Shown here: one piece after another, positions 62,936 through 64,000 of the stretch
Layout: every line of letters starts with the position of its first letter
How positions within the stretch are numbered: the stretch's first letter is position 1
From: Macrostomum hystrix
Lineage: Eukaryota > Animalia > Platyhelminthes
Direction of reading: 5' to 3'
NCBI GenBank assembly: GCA_950097015.1
Contig: CATNEN010000038.1
Span: forward strand, 13,392,001 to 13,456,000
Length of the DNA: 64,000 nucleotides
Position numbers and translations under genes: made by a program
Notes under the pieces: model-generated
The model's input: only the letters and a program-made list of their open reading frames with translations
Told to the model about the DNA's origin: nothing
Database searches by the model: none

Positions 62936-63552
62936 ATATACTACCAAAATTATTTCACCAAAACTGTTTGGTAGTTTGTCAAAAAACACAAGGCTAACAG
63001 TCTGAGCCCATGAGTCTCCGTTAACTGCAAGCCAGATGTCCGAATCCGAGTTCAGCGATAATGCATTTATTTGCGCTCGTATTTCATACTGCGTTTCTGA
63101 GCATCTTTAGATACACTGTATAATTATAGTGATTACGATGGCTTAGTTGCTTAAAAAAGCAAATACCAGACCACTAAACGGTGCAGATATCTAACTAGCG
63201 TTAACTTGTTTGCTAGCTTCGACTGAAGCAGCAAAAGCAGCAGCAGCAGCAATCAGCAGCAGAGGCAAAAGCAGCAGCAAAGTAGCAAGCCGCAATTGCA
63301 AACACCCCAGACCAACCTAGATCCCTCAGAACCCCCAAGACTCCCAGTTATAGGTACCTCGGACTCCCAGAAAGCCAGAAAGACACCCCCGGACTGCCAG
63401 AAGCCGTCACCAACAACTCCCAGTCATAGGCACCCCCGGACTGCCAGAAGCCGTAACCAACAACTCCCAGTCATAGACACCACGGACCTCTTTCTAAAGT
63501 CCCGATTCCCAACTAAACCAGTCCGCCAAGACCCCATCCCAGAAAGCGCCAG

Positions 63553-64000
63553 TCAAGCTGTCCCGCCGAACAGCGCGCCCTTGAGATTGGCCCAAGCCAG
63601 TCGCAGCGTGGCGATTGAGAATAGTTCCCCATCCCCATTCCCAATGTCAGAGCTAAACTCCAGCCGCGGTGTCGCTGGCGGCTGCCAAGTGTCGGCTAGC
63701 GAGTTGTCCTCGGCCACAGTCTTGGCAAAACTGACCAGCCTATAGTGACAGCGCTGCTGCTGCAGGGTCGGCACAGTCAGATTCAGCTGGTCGACTTGGC
63801 GGTTCAGATCCGCAACGCTTTTGGCGCAGCCAGCCAAGACAGCAATCCAGGCGGCTTCGTCGGCTTGATTAAACGGCCAACGACCCAGGCGACTTCGAGC
63901 ATCGACTAGACGATGTCGTAGCTCGGTGGTGGCTGTGCGGATGGACTTGTCCAGCAACAGCCAGTCAGGCTCGTAGCCATTGTTAGCCAGGATGGAGTTG
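63553..64000 (-). CDS. DNAJC28: DnaJ homolog subfamily C member 28-like, C-terminal part
   Basis: NSILANNGYEPDWLLLDKSIR (DUF1992-like) and LNRQVDQLNLTVPTLQQQRCHY resemble the recalled DNAJC28 C-terminus. The frame is open to the window end. Confidence 0.82.
   Translation of the reverse strand, partial: NSILANNGYEPDWLLLDKSIRTATTELRHRLVDARSRLGRWPFNQADEAAWIAVLAGCAKSVADLNRQVDQLNLTVPTLQQQRCHYRLVSFAKTVAEDNSLADTWQPPATPRLEFSSDIGNGDGELFSIATLRLAWANLKGALFGGTA

Overview
Eukaryotic (animal) genomic DNA with GT-AG introns, GC-rich Ala/Gln-rich exons, AT-rich introns and many minisatellites. The style suggests a flatworm such as Macrostomum, but this is inference. Recognisable genes: the 5' part of PCM1 (-), CFAP141/C1orf189 (-), a rhodopsin-type GPCR (+), VPS16, SEC11 and Lunapark (all +), and the 3' end of DNAJC28 (-). 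Several orphan ORFs are present, three of them inside a 6-kb VPS16 intron. Mobile DNA: a decayed IS630/Tc1-type transposon with 138-bp TIRs and DD30E spacing, a six-unit head-to-tail non-autonomous Helitron array, two Gypsy LTR/gag remnants, a solo LTR, three copies of a tRNA-derived SINE, an RTE fragment and MITEs. There is no CRISPR or prokaryotic system. The best leads are the Helitron concatemer, the nested intronic genes, the possibly trans-spliced co-oriented cluster, and the CFAP141 model with a microexon and a nested GPCR. Exon coordinates were read by eye and no database search was run.
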